A DNA stretch of 54,229 nucleotides, from the NCBI GenBank assembly GCA_031425655.1, contig JANPJS010000069.1, forward strand, positions 1-54,229, given 5' to 3'. The notes below the pieces were generated by a model that did not search any database, was not told where the DNA came from, and was given only the letters and a program-made list of their open reading frames with translations. The stretch is from Abditibacteriaceae bacterium (GTDB lineage: Bacteria > Armatimonadota > Abditibacteriia > Abditibacteriales > Abditibacteriaceae). The position numbers and the translations under genes were made by a program. Below are positions 1 to 11,088 of the stretch, in pieces (within the stretch, counting starts at the first letter, position 1; every line of letters begins with the position of its first letter).

Positions 1-37
1 GTCGTTTCCGCGAAGCGAAGCTCCGTGTTCCATTCAA
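1..37. repeat. Right arm of palindromic intergenic repeat (family A), truncated by window start
   Basis: Reverse complement TTGAATGGAACACGGAGCTTCGCTTCGCGGAAACGAC matches 10937-10973 with 2 mismatches. Confidence 0.85.
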
Positions 38-67
38 ACTTCCTCCGAACTTCAGACCCGAACTCCT

Positions 68-679
68 ATGTATCAGCCCTCTGCTTTCAAAGTTGAAGAT
101 TTCGCACAAATCGCGGCGATTATCGAAGAAAACTCGTTCGCCACATTAGTGACTTTCGATGGCGCGGCGCCGTTTGCCACGCATTTGCCGCTGCTTTTCG
201 ACGGCACGCGCGGCAAATTCGGCACGCTGGCCGGACACGTCGCGCGAGGCAACGCGCAGTGGAAGCACCTCGAAAATGGCGGCGAAGTGTTGGCGATTTT
301 TCAAGGGCCGCACGCTTATGTTTCGCCCTCGTGGTATGAAACTCAACTCGCGGTGCCGACGTGGAATTATGTCGCGGTTCACGCTTACGGCACGGCGCGA
401 TTACTGGACGATGCCGCGCTCGAAGCGCAACTCGGCGCCATGATCGAAAAGTATGAAAGTGGCTTTGCCGTTCCGTGGCCCGCCGATTTGCCCGCTGATT
501 TTCAAGCGAAATTGCGCGCCGGCATCGTCGGCTTTGAAATCGAAATCGCGCGGCTCGAAGGCAAATGCAAGCTGAGCCAGAATCGTTCGCAGACCGATCA
601 AAACGGCGTGATGGCCGCGTTGCAAAATTCGCCGCACGAAGACGGGCGGCGCATCGCTGAACTGATGAAGTGCGTGTAG
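68..679 (+). CDS. paiB: FMN-binding negative transcriptional regulator (PaiB family)
   Basis: 203 aa. Motifs MYxP, ATHLP, GHVARxN, GPHAYVSPSWY, VPTWNY, KLSQNR are typical of the family. Confidence 0.9.
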   Translation: MYQPSAFKVEDFAQIAAIIEENSFATLVTFDGAAPFATHLPLLFDGTRGKFGTLAGHVARGNAQWKHLENGGEVLAIFQGPHAYVSPSWYETQLAVPTWNYVAVHAYGTARLLDDAALEAQLGAMIEKYESGFAVPWPADLPADFQAKLRAGIVGFEIEIARLEGKCKLSQNRSQTDQNGVMAALQNSPHEDGRRIAELMKCV

Positions 680-683
680 TCCC

Positions 684-733
684 AAAACGCAAAAGAGGGG
701 CGCAGATTGCTCTGCGCCCCTCTTTTGCGTTTT
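684..733. terminator. Bidirectional intrinsic terminator between convergent genes
   Basis: Perfect 23-bp inverted repeat AAAACGCAAAAGAGGGGCGCAGA / TTGC loop / TCTGCGCCCCTCTTTTGCGTTTT, with A/T tails on both sides. Confidence 0.85.
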
Positions 734-3563
734 AGCGTTGCGCCATCTTTTTGAGGCGTTCCAACTCGCGCAGCAAGTCTTCTTTGCCGGACTTAGGCAC
801 GATGGCACGAATATGACTGTTCAAACGCGCCCGATCTTCATCGGTGATGTCTTTGGCCGAAAAGATTAAAATGGGGATTTCGCGCGCTGCGGGATGCTCG
901 CGCAGGCGTTGCACCACATCGAAACCGGTCAGGCCGGGCATCATTAAATCGAGAATAATGGCGTCCGGCAGATGTTCTTCGGCCAATGCGACGCCGTCTT
1001 CGCCGCTCAATGCCTGCAAAATCTTGTAGCCTTGCTGTCGCAAAATATCGCTGAGCATTTCTACGGTTTGCGCTTCGTCGTCCACGATTAAAATTGTGCC
1101 CGCTTCCTCGCCGTGCGGCGTGATGGCTTTGCGCACCGCGTCCAGCAAACGCTCTTTTTGAATCGGTTTAACCAGAAAATCCACCGCGCCTAAGCTGAAA
1201 CCCAGTTGTTGATCGTCGGTGATGGAAACAATAACGACCGGCACGTCGGCGGTGGCCGGCGCCGCTTTGAGTTCGGCCAAAACTTGCCAGCCGTCCTTGT
1301 TCGGCAACATGATGTCGAGTGTCACGGCGTCAAAATGCAACTCGCGCACGCGCTGCAAGGCTTGTTCGCCATCGAAGGCGCGCTCGACGCGATAGCCGGA
1401 TTCGGTTAAATAATGCGCCAATAAATCGCTGGCGGGCAGATTGTCTTCGACGACCAGAACCGTCAGCGGCGCGACGCCGTTTTCGGGCGTGCCGTTTGGC
1501 GATTCGCTGGTGGCTTCGGGCGCGTTTTGGGAAGGCTCGGCTGCGAGGAGCGCGGAAGGCCCGCCGGGCAATACGAAAAAGAATGTGCTGCCTTTGCCTT
1601 CCACTCCTTGACTTTCGACCCAGATGCGCCCGCCGTGCATTTCGACCAGACGCCGCGTCAAAGCCAAGCCCAAACCTGTGCCCTGCTGCTGGCGCGAATA
1701 CGACGAATCCACCTGCTCGAATTCGGCGAAAATGCGCTCCTGATCTTCGGCTTTGATGCCGACGCCGGTATCGGAAACCGCGATGCAAACCGGCACAATA
1801 GCTTGGCCGTTGGAGGCGTCGGGTGCCACCGTGCCGGACAGCGCCGTCACGGTCACAACGCCGCCGTTGGGCGTGAATTTGATGGCGTTGGAGAGCAGGT
1901 TATACATAATCTGCTTGAATTTCGGCGCGTCCGCCGTCGCGGGCGGACAATCGGGCGCAACTTCGACTTTCAACTCGATATTCTTCTTGGCGGCCAATGT
2001 TTTGACGATATTGACCACGTCTTGCAGCGCCGAACTGACCGGGAACGTGACGTAGTCCAACTCCATTTTGCCGGCTTCGACTTTGGACAAATCGAGAATA
2101 TCGTTGATGAGTTGTAAAAGGTGGCGCCCGCTGGTCAGCACGTTAGAAATGTATTTGCCCTGACGCGGATTAAGCTCGCCAAAAGTCTGGTCTTCGAGAA
2201 TTTCCGAAAAGCCAATGATGGCGTTTAAGGGCGTGCGAAGCTCGTGGCTCATGTTCGCCAGAAACTCGCTTTTGGCGCGGCTGGCGGCCTCGGCGGCGTC
2301 TTTGGCCAGATGCAATTCGACGTTGGAACGCGCCAATTCCTGCGCTTGGCGCGCCAGAGCTTCTTCGGACTGCTTGCGTTCGGTGATGTCTTCGGAGATG
2401 CCCAGCAGGTATTGAGGCTTGCCCGTGGCGTCGTAAATCGGCATCTTTTTGGTGTGCAAAATACGCACGCCATGCTCGGTTTGAACGGGTTCTTCGGGAA
2501 TATCCAGCAGCTTGCCGCTTTCGAGCACGGAGCGGTCGGCGGCTGTAAAAAACGCGGCTTCTTCGGCAGGAAAAAGGTCGCCGTCGTTTTTGCCGATCAT
2601 GTGCTTGCGCGGAATGCCGATGAGGTCTTCTTCGGCTTTGTTCAAGCTCACAAAGCGCAGTTGCTCGGCGTCTTTCACGAAAATCATGTTCGGGATATTT
2701 TCGACGATGGACGTAAGAAAGGTTTGCACGCCGCGCATCGCTTCTTCGACGCGCAAACGCTCGTTGATTTCGGTTTCAAGCTCGATATTGGCGCCCGAAA
2801 GCTCTTCGGTGCGTTGCTGCACGCGCTGTTCGAGCGTGTCGTTGAGAGCGCGTAACTCAATATCGCGCTCTTGAATTTGCGACAACATCGCGTTGAAGGT
2901 ATCAATCAGCTCGCCGATTTCGTCCTGACCTGTTTTAACGGCGCGCACTGAATAATCTTTGTCTTCGCTGACGGCGTGCGCCACGCCCGCCAATTCGACA
3001 ATCGGATTGGAAATGAAGCGCTGAAATCCCGACGAAAGCACCAGCGTCAGCATTAAAAGCCCCACGATGACCGTTCCCACGATGCCGATGTAATTCATCA
3101 AATGCGTGCGAACGCCTTGCATATCGTAGCGCAAACAAACGGTGCCCACTGTTTTGCCGCGCTCTTTAATCGCGCGGAATACGTTCAAATAATCGCCCTG
3201 AATGCGTTCGCCTTCGGCTTCGGCGCGGGCCGGAAGCGTCACGCTTTTCAGGTCGGAGCGCAGATATTGCGTGAAAAGTTTGCCGTCTGCCTCGTAGATG
3301 CCGGCGGCGGCGATGTCGGGCCGGGCTTTGAGCGCCGCGAGGTTTTTCTGCGCCACCTCGGCATCGTCGAAATCCAGCGCGGCTGTGCTTTGCGCGCCGA
3401 TAATCTGCGCCAGCGAAGCCAGATTTTCCGTTTCGCGTTGCTGAAAAGTATTGCGCTCGTAAACCACGATAGCCGTGCCCGCCAGCAGCAATCCCAAGCT
3501 GCTGACCAGCATGATGACCAAAAGGAGTTTGCGGCGTATCGGGAAATCACGAAATGAGCGCAT
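732..3563 (-). CDS. Hybrid sensor histidine kinase (TM-CHASE8-like-TM-HAMP-PAS-HisKA-HATPase-REC-REC)
   Basis: 943 aa. Two TM helices, HAMP ([11 protein letters not shown]), PAS (IFVKD...EDITERK), H-box [12 protein letters not shown] boxes ([22 protein letters not shown]), two receiver domains with intact Asp (LDIMLP, LDLMMP). Confidence 0.93.
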   Translation of the reverse strand: MRSFRDFPIRRKLLLVIMLVSSLGLLLAGTAIVVYERNTFQQRETENLASLAQIIGAQSTAALDFDDAEVAQKNLAALKARPDIAAAGIYEADGKLFTQYLRSDLKSVTLPARAEAEGERIQGDYLNVFRAIKERGKTVGTVCLRYDMQGVRTHLMNYIGIVGTVIVGLLMLTLVLSSGFQRFISNPIVELAGVAHAVSEDKDYSVRAVKTGQDEIGELIDTFNAMLSQIQERDIELRALNDTLEQRVQQRTEELSGANIELETEINERLRVEEAMRGVQTFLTSIVENIPNMIFVKDAEQLRFVSLNKAEEDLIGIPRKHMIGKNDGDLFPAEEAAFFTAADRSVLESGKLLDIPEEPVQTEHGVRILHTKKMPIYDATGKPQYLLGISEDITERKQSEEALARQAQELARSNVELHLAKDAAEAASRAKSEFLANMSHELRTPLNAIIGFSEILEDQTFGELNPRQGKYISNVLTSGRHLLQLINDILDLSKVEAGKMELDYVTFPVSSALQDVVNIVKTLAAKKNIELKVEVAPDCPPATADAPKFKQIMYNLLSNAIKFTPNGGVVTVTALSGTVAPDASNGQAIVPVCIAVSDTGVGIKAEDQERIFAEFEQVDSSYSRQQQGTGLGLALTRRLVEMHGGRIWVESQGVEGKGSTFFFVLPGGPSALLAAEPSQNAPEATSESPNGTPENGVAPLTVLVVEDNLPASDLLAHYLTESGYRVERAFDGEQALQRVRELHFDAVTLDIMLPNKDGWQVLAELKAAPATADVPVVIVSITDDQQLGFSLGAVDFLVKPIQKERLLDAVRKAITPHGEEAGTILIVDDEAQTVEMLSDILRQQGYKILQALSGEDGVALAEEHLPDAIILDLMMPGLTGFDVVQRLREHPAAREIPILIFSAKDITDEDRARLNSHIRAIVPKSGKEDLLRELERLKKMAQR

Positions 3564-3598
3564 CGGGGCTGTTTATTCTTTGTTTGCCGACAGGAATT

Positions 3599-4174
3599 TT
3601 AACGATGCACGACTTTGGTAGCCAACTGCATGAGTTTGGAACTGATTTTCAAGCCGGCGCGCTCGGCGGCATCGGCGTTGATTTCAAAGCGCACTTTTTT
3701 GTCTTCGAGAATGAAATTAATGGTGCCGCCGCGCGCGAGACACTGATCGTTATCGCCGATAATCAGGGTGTGCGCTTTACCCACGCGCTCGACGATTTTG
3801 CTCATTCTGTCTTTCTCCGAGCGACACACGAAAAGAATGTGGCAGGTTTCCAAATCGGTCTGCTTTTTGAAGCGTTTGACGACGATTTTGTGAGTGCTTA
3901 GCGACTTACCTTCGACGATGTTATCGAGATTGGCGCCGAACTGATCTTCGCCGATCACGCCAATAACGAATGGGCTTTTCTCCTGTGGAAACGCGGCGGC
4001 GGGCCAATCCACGTAATCGGTGATTTTATACAAATATTTCGCTTTGAGATCATACTCCGGCTCCGTGACCACCGCGCGTGAAGGCCCGCCAAGCAGCGAC
4101 AAAACGAGGCACAGCAGCGCCGCCAGCGTGCCGTTCATGCCGTCTTTTTGTCGCTGTTTGGTGTTGTGCTGCAT
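3599..4174 (-). CDS. yfiR: YfiR/DUF4154 family periplasmic protein
   Basis: Signal peptide followed by EYDLKAKYLYK..DYVDWP, CHILFV, C..GGTINF, FEINADAAERAGLKISSKL. Start may be ATG 4138. Confidence 0.88.
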   Translation of the reverse strand: MQHNTKQRQKDGMNGTLAALLCLVLSLLGGPSRAVVTEPEYDLKAKYLYKITDYVDWPAAAFPQEKSPFVIGVIGEDQFGANLDNIVEGKSLSTHKIVVKRFKKQTDLETCHILFVCRSEKDRMSKIVERVGKAHTLIIGDNDQCLARGGTINFILEDKKVRFEINADAAERAGLKISSKLMQLATKVVHR

Positions 4175-4223
4175 TATCGTGTGCTCTTCTAACTACTAAA
4201 TTCCAAATGAAACGCTTTCTATT

Positions 4224-6431
4224 TCAGAAGCGCCGGTCGAGGGACAACACGATTTCTCTTCCTCTGGGCCGATAGGTGTCGCCGTTGATCTGCGAGCCGA
4301 CCGGATTGCGATTGCCAAGCAGATTGCGTGCTGACAGGCGCAAATCCATGTCTCTGCCCCGCACGTTGTGCCAAGTCAACGCGGCATCGAGATAGTAGCG
4401 ATTGCGAATCGTCGTGAAGACCGACTGATCGTTGGGACGGAATTCAACCGCAGCCTGATTGGTAAAATACCGCACTCCGGGTGAAAACGTCAGGTTGTCG
4501 CTGACCTTATAGTCGCAGCCTAAGTTGGCGGTATATTCTGCCGAGCCAATGATGCGGCCCTCCCGATTGATATACGAGTGATGAGCCTCAACTCCTCCCG
4601 ACCCCGGACCAAACAGTTCAGGGCGGAATAATTTAAGCTTGGAATTGTTCCATGCCCCGTTGGCCCAGATCGTCAAACGGGGATTGAGCGGCGCCTGAAT
4701 GCTCAGTTCTGCTCCGGGGCCGCTGAAATTCCCGCCATTACTGTGTGGCGCGAACCAGCTTATGAAGTCTTTCAATCTCTGATAATAAATAGTGGTTCCG
4801 AGCCGGACGCCCCCCAGATAGAAGACGTTCTGCAATTCGATCGTCGAGAGAATTTCCGGATTCTGGGGCTGAGAAGAAATTTGAGCAAAGGGCGGATTAT
4901 TTGGATTATTCAAATGATCAGCCCCCCAGACCTCGTTCAATGCCGCGAGAGCTGATGGCACTCGCACCGAGCGATTGTAGATCAGCTTCGAAACCCAATT
5001 GGGCTTTGTCTGATAAATAAGAGCGGAGCGTCCACCTAAAAACCATCGGTTGCCTTTGAACCTGGTGTTTTGGTCCACGCGCAAGCCGCCGATAAACTTT
5101 AATCGCTTATTCACTTGCACCGTGTCGTCGGCATAAATGCCGTAGGCGTGGGTGTCCTGATCAACCAGTGTTGTTCGGGGAATGGAGCCAGGCTGCGAAG
5201 GCGCGAGGAAGGTGAAAAATGTATCGAAGTTGTGATCATAGGAGCCTTGAATGCCGACTTGGACCACATGACGCGCGAAGCCGGTGTAACGCAACCCGAC
5301 CTCTCCTTTATAAGCCCATTGCTTGACGGACTGCTGCACAGCATCAATCGGCGGGCCGCCGTCGTTCAACCGAGTTTGCTCTTTGAGGGCAGCCTCCAGA
5401 CGCACCACGCGCGTCAGAGTAGAGGATGAGGCGTGCTCGTTTTTCAAGAACGCCGAATAATGCTGCTCCGTCATTTTGCCCCGGTTATTCAGAGAGCCGC
5501 TGTTAATGTTCAACTCTGGCCAACTCGACTTGTAAGCGACTATCTGGCCCGATGTCTCGCCACGCTGTCCTTTCAAAATGCCGAAGAAGTTAGGCTGATC
5601 GAGTTCTCCAGTCAGGTTTCTGCCTGCTAAATTGGGCCACCGGGTAGCGTTCCAAGCATCGAAGCCTTTCTTTCTTTCGGTAGTCAGAGAAAAACTGGCC
5701 GACTTGTCCGGCGCCCAGCGTTTGCCGGCCATCAGTGTCGCAGAGTAAGGCAAAGCGTTACCAACGGCGCCGACCAGTTCAGTGCCCTCCACATCCTTCG
5801 TAATCACGTTGATGGTCGCCGCCAGAGTGTTAGCCTGCTGAAAGAAAGAGGAGGGGCCGACAACGAGCTCGACTCGTTCGACGTTGTCCAGATTGATGGG
5901 ACCGTTAAGAAAATCCTGCTCATGCAGTCCGAGCACTAACTGGCCGTTGACGAGCAGGGAAACTTTGTCGTTGTCGTTGGCGTTCAAGCCACGCACGCCT
6001 ACCACGAAATCGAGATCGCGGTGGAAAACAGTGAAGCCCGGAACGGTTTGCAGCAACTCCCCCAAACTCCGATAGCCTCGATCTTGAATGACGCGCCTCG
6101 GAAACAGGTAAACGCTGCCGGGCGCGTCATCAATTTTCTCGTCCACACGCGACACGGTGGAGACCTGCACCTTCATCAAGTCTTCAAGGCTCAAATCATC
6201 CAATTCAGAGGACTTCGGCTTGGCCAGTTCAGTAGCGGGCACCGGTTCGGTAGCGGCAGGCACGTCGGCGGGAATTGGCGCCTCGTCCGCCGCGCGAGCC
6301 GCGAAAAGGGACGAAGCCAAACACAATCCGCCCAATCCCAGCACACAGAATTTCCACGTCGAAGCCCAACGCAATGCACGGCAAACCCGTTGGCTTTTCA
6401 GCCGGAGACGACTTTCCCAGAAGCGGTTCAT
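4224..6431 (-). CDS. TonB-dependent outer-membrane receptor
   Basis: 735 aa. Signal peptide, LSLEDLM, plug motifs (TVPGF, VRG, LLVNG, VERVELVVGPSS, INVITK), ARNLL near the C-terminus and terminal Phe. RBS GGAGG upstream. Confidence 0.9.
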   Translation of the reverse strand: MNRFWESRLRLKSQRVCRALRWASTWKFCVLGLGGLCLASSLFAARAADEAPIPADVPAATEPVPATELAKPKSSELDDLSLEDLMKVQVSTVSRVDEKIDDAPGSVYLFPRRVIQDRGYRSLGELLQTVPGFTVFHRDLDFVVGVRGLNANDNDKVSLLVNGQLVLGLHEQDFLNGPINLDNVERVELVVGPSSFFQQANTLAATINVITKDVEGTELVGAVGNALPYSATLMAGKRWAPDKSASFSLTTERKKGFDAWNATRWPNLAGRNLTGELDQPNFFGILKGQRGETSGQIVAYKSSWPELNINSGSLNNRGKMTEQHYSAFLKNEHASSSTLTRVVRLEAALKEQTRLNDGGPPIDAVQQSVKQWAYKGEVGLRYTGFARHVVQVGIQGSYDHNFDTFFTFLAPSQPGSIPRTTLVDQDTHAYGIYADDTVQVNKRLKFIGGLRVDQNTRFKGNRWFLGGRSALIYQTKPNWVSKLIYNRSVRVPSALAALNEVWGADHLNNPNNPPFAQISSQPQNPEILSTIELQNVFYLGGVRLGTTIYYQRLKDFISWFAPHSNGGNFSGPGAELSIQAPLNPRLTIWANGAWNNSKLKLFRPELFGPGSGGVEAHHSYINREGRIIGSAEYTANLGCDYKVSDNLTFSPGVRYFTNQAAVEFRPNDQSVFTTIRNRYYLDAALTWHNVRGRDMDLRLSARNLLGNRNPVGSQINGDTYRPRGREIVLSLDRRF

Positions 6432-6550
6432 AGCTCCTCCTTCGACCGATTGAATTGCATCTTCGCAGACGACAGGGTGTTAATGATTATATTATGCCGC
6501 AGACTGCACTTGGGCGTTGGTTTGCAAGGAGTAAAAGCGTCGGGTTCTCG

Positions 6551-9500
6551 TTACTGCCACGCGCACAGCGATGCGACGTAAGCCGCCGAGCCGTCGCGCA
6601 GCCAGCCGTCGAGTTGGGCTTGATCTTTCAATTGTTGTCCGCGCCCGCGCGAAACGGCCACGAAACGGCAATTTACGTCCGGCAAAGCGGTCATGTCGCC
6701 CCACAACTTCTCGAATTGCGCGACGGGAAACACGTCTTCCTGCCCGTGTCCCCAACGCCGTTTCACGTCTTTGAGCGTGACGTAAGTCGGAACGCGCATC
6801 GCAAGGGCGCGAATCGCGTGTGTCACTTCCATCGCATCGCCGAGTGTTGCGCGCGTTAATCCGAAAGCGGCGAGCAGGCCGTCAATGTGAATCCACGTTG
6901 TGAGCGTGTTGTAATACGAAAGCCCGAATTCCTGTTCTTCGCGCGGCATCGCCAAGCCTTCGACCAGGCGCACACGCCCGTCTACGCGCGCTAATCCGCC
7001 GCCGCGATCTTCCAAGCGGCGCGGGATGACCTCAAAAGTCAGCGCGGCGCCGCTTTCGATGTGCAGGCCGAGCAGCGACGGGTCGGCGTTGGCGCCCAGC
7101 GTATCAATGTTGTGCAACATCAAATGCTGCAATTGCGGCTGCGCGGCTAAAAGCGACGCCAAAGTGCCGTTGCGCAGCAAATTGGGGATTTCATACCAGT
7201 GCCCGACGGGATGCAGGCATTGCATCGGCAAATTGTCGGTGTAATCGCCGGCCTCACCGCTTTGCTGTGCCCAATTCAAGAGCGCCGCCTGCCCGCTGAG
7301 CCGCACTTTTTGCGCCTGCGTGTCGAGTTGCTGTTGCGGCATTTCTTCCCACGCGAAGCGCAAATCGCGCACGGTGGGAATCATGCGCAGGCCGATGGCG
7401 CGGCCCGGCGACAGCAGCAACGGGCCGGGATAATCGTAGTTATTTTCTGCCGCTAAAAACTCTTCAATCGGGCCGTGCGTGGGCTGGCTGGTGGTGATAA
7501 TATGCGGCAGCGCGCCGCCGAATTGCTGCTGCACACGGCGGCTTTTGGCGAGATGCACTTCTAAAAACGTGCGATGGCGCCCGTCGAATTTGGCGAAAGG
7601 ATGCAACGCTTTCACGACGCCCGCGCCCTGCGTCCAGCGGCTGCCCACGCCCGCCGCCAGCGTGACAATTGCCACTTCGCAGGCTGCTAACGAGGTTTCG
7701 CCGCGTTGCCGCACAGCGTCGGAGGCATAATCGGCTTCGCTGAAAACGTCGCCGGGCGCCACGTCGCGGATGTCGGTGGTGACAGGCAAACGGTTTTGCG
7801 CCAATCCGATGCGTCCGCTTTTTAAATCGGCGCGAATTTGCTCGTGTTGCACAGCGTCGAAGCCAAATTCGTTGAGCAAATGCGCCAAGTCTTCGGAGGA
7901 GTTTGCGTCCTGCGCGGGAGTCGGCAGCAAACGGTCGAGCAGCGTTGGCATCATGCGGCTAAATTCGGGGCGCGAATGGCACACGGCGGCGAAAGTTTCG
8001 AGTTCGGCGCGTTGCGCGGGGCGCAGCCGGCGCGGATCGAGGCGCATCAAACGCGGCACGACGAGCGCGTAATATTCGGCGGGCAGAGGCGCGCTGGCGG
8101 ATGGTAAGAGTTCGGCCCAGGTGCCGCGCTCGTTGATGGCGAAATCGTAAACCACCGGCTCCATCGCAAACGGCAGCGCACTTTCGAGTTGGCTTCGCAG
8201 CGCGCTCATGCTTTGCTGCAACGCGATTTGCGCTTCGGCTTTGCGCTTCGGCGCGAAAATAAAGCCCATGCCGCCGCCGGCCATGCCGCCGAGCATCCAA
8301 AAGCCCCAGAAATCGGCGCCGAAGCGCGTTTTCACTTCGGCGATGAGCCGTTCCGTATAAACATTGCTGACCCACGGCACGATGGTTTGCAGCGGCCCGA
8401 AAAAGTTTTGCGTCGTCGCAGCGCCAATCGCTTCGATGTCGCCCTCGCGCAGGTGCCGCAGAATGTCGTCCAAAATGCGCCGCGTTGCGCCGCGAGCCTG
8501 CCATTCCTGCGGCGAGCGCAGCAGGTATTTTTCGGTCACCATTTCCAAAATCGGCCCGACGTTTTGCGCCATGCCGCCGTGAACCAAAACCAAGCTTTCC
8601 TGCAAAGCGCGGCGCGTTGCGGGCGGCGCTTGTGCATCGTCCAAAATGTGATGCGATGGCAATAATCGGCCCCGGCTGATGCCCCATTCGGGGTCATTTG
8701 GCGCGGAATTTTGCCCTTCGATCAACTTGATGCCGGGCCACACGCCGCCCGAATCCTGCCAGCCTCCGCCCGAACCGGCCAGCCATTCGCCCAAAATCGC
8801 CCGCGCTGCCACTAAAGATCGCTCGGTTTCTTCGAGCGCGCCGGTTAAATTTCGCGTTTGTCCGGTCGCGCGCATACAGGCAGCGATGAGCGCGGCCAAA
8901 AGGTTAGTCGAAACCGCGAGGCGCGAGCCTTTGGGAATGCGATTGACGTTGCTGACGAGTTCAATTCCGCGCCCCGGCCCGGCAAGGCGCTCCAACAACG
9001 CCACCAGACTTTGCTCCGAGCCTTCGATGCCCGGCGGCACCAATCCCGACGCGATTAAAGCCGCTTTCAAAAGTCCCAGATAATCGCGCGCGAAATCGAA
9101 AACTTCGTCTAAGCTGGTGATGTCGGCGCTGGCGCCCAAATCCACGCTGACAAGGCGCAAAACCGGCTCGTCAATGATGCGAAAATAGGCTTCGACCGGC
9201 GGCTGCGGGACAGGTTTTTCGACGTTTTGCGCGTCCAAAACTGCGAGGTCAATCGAGACGTTCAGCACGCGAGCGCCTTCGGGAAAATCCATGCCCAAAA
9301 AGAAAATGTCGCTCCACGCGCTGTGCGTCAAATCCATGCGCACCGGCGTGCGCTCCTGCAAAACCGGATAGCCGCCGTGCGCGGCGTCGAATTGCAAAAG
9401 TTCGGGGCGAACGCGGAGCGGCTGGTCGCCGGGATGCCCGACGCGAAACATCCATTGGTTGCCGCGCACCGAGCGCACGCTGCGCCGCACCTGATCGGCT

Positions 9501-9880
9501 AAAGTTTGAAAAGCCAGACGATGATAGGCCGTCGCCAGCGCGCTGCTGAGCGCATCGCTCGGCCCCTGCTCGTTTTGCGCTTGAAGAAAAAGCACGATGG
9601 CTTCCTCGAAACGGCGATTGAGCAGATGCAAATAGCCTTCAAAGGGAATGCGGCCCAGCGGCGTCAGTCTGGAGCGCGCTGGAATATGAAACCGATGAAT
9701 CGCGTAAAGGAAAAAGCAGGCGCGCACGCGCTCGTAGAGGTTTTCTGAAGCGTGGCGAAAGATTTCAAGATCAGCGCATTCGTCCAACAATTGCGCCAGC
9801 GAGGCGCCTTCGCACGCTTCGTCTAACGCATGGTCGCGTTGCGCTGGATCAGAAGACGTGATGATTGTGCGAAATTTCAT
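6551..9880 (-). CDS. Fusion of GHMP-family sugar kinase (fucokinase-like) and UDPGP-type UDP-sugar pyrophosphorylase
   Basis: N-terminal half has [25 protein letters not shown] and GGMAGGG (GHMP-like). C-terminal half has [22 protein letters not shown] and GGGL (UDPGP-like). Start set to ATG 9880 because the longer ORF start lies inside a repeat. Confidence 0.8.
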   Translation of the reverse strand: MKFRTIITSSDPAQRDHALDEACEGASLAQLLDECADLEIFRHASENLYERVRACFFLYAIHRFHIPARSRLTPLGRIPFEGYLHLLNRRFEEAIVLFLQAQNEQGPSDALSSALATAYHRLAFQTLADQVRRSVRSVRGNQWMFRVGHPGDQPLRVRPELLQFDAAHGGYPVLQERTPVRMDLTHSAWSDIFFLGMDFPEGARVLNVSIDLAVLDAQNVEKPVPQPPVEAYFRIIDEPVLRLVSVDLGASADITSLDEVFDFARDYLGLLKAALIASGLVPPGIEGSEQSLVALLERLAGPGRGIELVSNVNRIPKGSRLAVSTNLLAALIAACMRATGQTRNLTGALEETERSLVAARAILGEWLAGSGGGWQDSGGVWPGIKLIEGQNSAPNDPEWGISRGRLLPSHHILDDAQAPPATRRALQESLVLVHGGMAQNVGPILEMVTEKYLLRSPQEWQARGATRRILDDILRHLREGDIEAIGAATTQNFFGPLQTIVPWVSNVYTERLIAEVKTRFGADFWGFWMLGGMAGGGMGFIFAPKRKAEAQIALQQSMSALRSQLESALPFAMEPVVYDFAINERGTWAELLPSASAPLPAEYYALVVPRLMRLDPRRLRPAQRAELETFAAVCHSRPEFSRMMPTLLDRLLPTPAQDANSSEDLAHLLNEFGFDAVQHEQIRADLKSGRIGLAQNRLPVTTDIRDVAPGDVFSEADYASDAVRQRGETSLAACEVAIVTLAAGVGSRWTQGAGVVKALHPFAKFDGRHRTFLEVHLAKSRRVQQQFGGALPHIITTSQPTHGPIEEFLAAENNYDYPGPLLLSPGRAIGLRMIPTVRDLRFAWEEMPQQQLDTQAQKVRLSGQAALLNWAQQSGEAGDYTDNLPMQCLHPVGHWYEIPNLLRNGTLASLLAAQPQLQHLMLHNIDTLGANADPSLLGLHIESGAALTFEVIPRRLEDRGGGLARVDGRVRLVEGLAMPREEQEFGLSYYNTLTTWIHIDGLLAAFGLTRATLGDAMEVTHAIRALAMRVPTYVTLKDVKRRWGHGQEDVFPVAQFEKLWGDMTALPDVNCRFVAVSRGRGQQLKDQAQLDGWLRDGSAAYVASLCAWQ

Positions 9881-9902
9881 GCTATCGGGTGGCTGTTTAA
9901 TA

Positions 9903-10017
9903 GGACGCGGGCTTCGCACACGGAGCTTCGCTGCGCGGATTTTCGCTGTTCACTTCCAATCCAAAGAAAATCAGCGTAAACCCGCGCAGCGAAGCTCCGT
10001 GTGCGAAGCCCGCGTCC
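9903..10017. repeat. Palindromic intergenic repeat (family A) with perfect 36-bp arms
   Basis: GGACGCGGGCTTCGCACACGGAGCTTCGCTGCGCGG (9903-9938) and its exact reverse complement (9982-10017). Confidence 0.92.
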
Positions 10018-10020
10018 CAT

Positions 10021-10908
10021 TCAAAGCCCTGAGGCTTCCTCGACCAGATTTTCCATGCCGGAGGCCAAATCGCGGCGCGCCAGCAAATCGCAGATTTCGG
10101 CTAAAACTTCGGCGCGGTCTTTTCCGCTCAGCGACAGCGCGAGTTGTGCGATGAGCAGGCCGTAATTGGCATCCAAAGCGTAGCGGCGGCCTTGCACCTG
10201 CAAGGCTAAATAACGCTCGCGGCGTCCTAATTCATCTAAAATCGGCGAAAGCTGCAGACGGTCTTGTGGCCCGCTTTGCGCGATGCGCTGCTGCAAAAGT
10301 TCCATCACGGTCGGGGTTAAAACGTGCATTCCGAAAAAGCACAGATAATGCCCGGCGCGCAGGCCCGGCACCATTAAAGATTGCTCGGCGGCGGTCGGTG
10401 TGGGCTTTTCGATGACTCTTTCGACTTCATAGAGATCACTCGTGCTTTTGACGCGCTGTCCGCCAACGGCGCCGAAATACGGTAACAAATGCTCGCGCGT
10501 CGGCTGCACGCCCGAAAGGGCGCAATCGTGATTTTGCGCGGCGACCACAAGCTGCTGCGCGCAGCCGGCGCCCATATCGCTGATGTAAATATGGTCGCCA
10601 ACCATGTGCAAAAACGCTTCGTCGCCGGTCCATTCGCGGGCGCAGAAAAGCGCGTGGCCGTAGCCAAGCGGCTGCTCTTGTGCCACGAACTGCAAACTGC
10701 CGGCATCTGGCCCCGCCGCCTGACGATAGGCGGTTTCGTCTCCGGCGCAGACCACCACGCATATCTCCTGCACACCGGCGCCTAAGGCTTCTTCGATGAT
10801 GATCTTGAGGACGGATTTCTGGCGCCCGTCGCGGTCAACTAAAGTTTGCAGCGGCAGAGTGCGCTGAAAACGCGACGCCGCCGTAATCACAGCTTTGGTG
10901 ATTTTCAT
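10021..10908 (-). CDS. GalU-like sugar-phosphate nucleotidyltransferase family protein (degenerate active-site signature)
   Basis: 295 aa. [21 protein letters not shown] motifs. The canonical GxGTR is replaced by SRFQR. Confidence 0.8.
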   Translation of the reverse strand: MKITKAVITAASRFQRTLPLQTLVDRDGRQKSVLKIIIEEALGAGVQEICVVVCAGDETAYRQAAGPDAGSLQFVAQEQPLGYGHALFCAREWTGDEAFLHMVGDHIYISDMGAGCAQQLVVAAQNHDCALSGVQPTREHLLPYFGAVGGQRVKSTSDLYEVERVIEKPTPTAAEQSLMVPGLRAGHYLCFFGMHVLTPTVMELLQQRIAQSGPQDRLQLSPILDELGRRERYLALQVQGRRYALDANYGLLIAQLALSLSGKDRAEVLAEICDLLARRDLASGMENLVEEASGL

Positions 10909-10936
10909 AGTTTTGCTGTTGCCGGGTGCATCTACG

Positions 10937-11076
10937 TTGAATGGAACACGGAGCTTCGCTACGCGGAAACGGCACGGATTTGCGCAGTTTTTTCTTTAAA
11001 TTGAACTGCGGAAATCCGCGCATGAAATCGGGGCACCCGCTTGCGGGCAGGATAGCGAAGCTCCGTGCTCCATTCA
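10937..11076. repeat. Palindromic intergenic repeat (family A) with nested stems
   Basis: 24-bp outer arms TGAATGGAACACGGAGCTTCGCTA (10938-10961) / 11053-11076 (1 mismatch). Inner 15-bp arms CGGATTTGCGCAGTT / AACTGCGGAAATCCG. Confidence 0.9.
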
Positions 11077-11088
11077 GCATTCCTTATC

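Noticed and set aside
6479..6497. Fur-box-like AT-rich stretch upstream of the TonB-dependent receptor
   Set aside because: Only about 12/19 match to the consensus; equally explained by a minus-strand TATAAT -10 element.
9881..9919. N-terminal extension of the 1122-aa ORF
   Set aside because: Its start lies within the palindromic repeat; ATG 9880 is more plausible.
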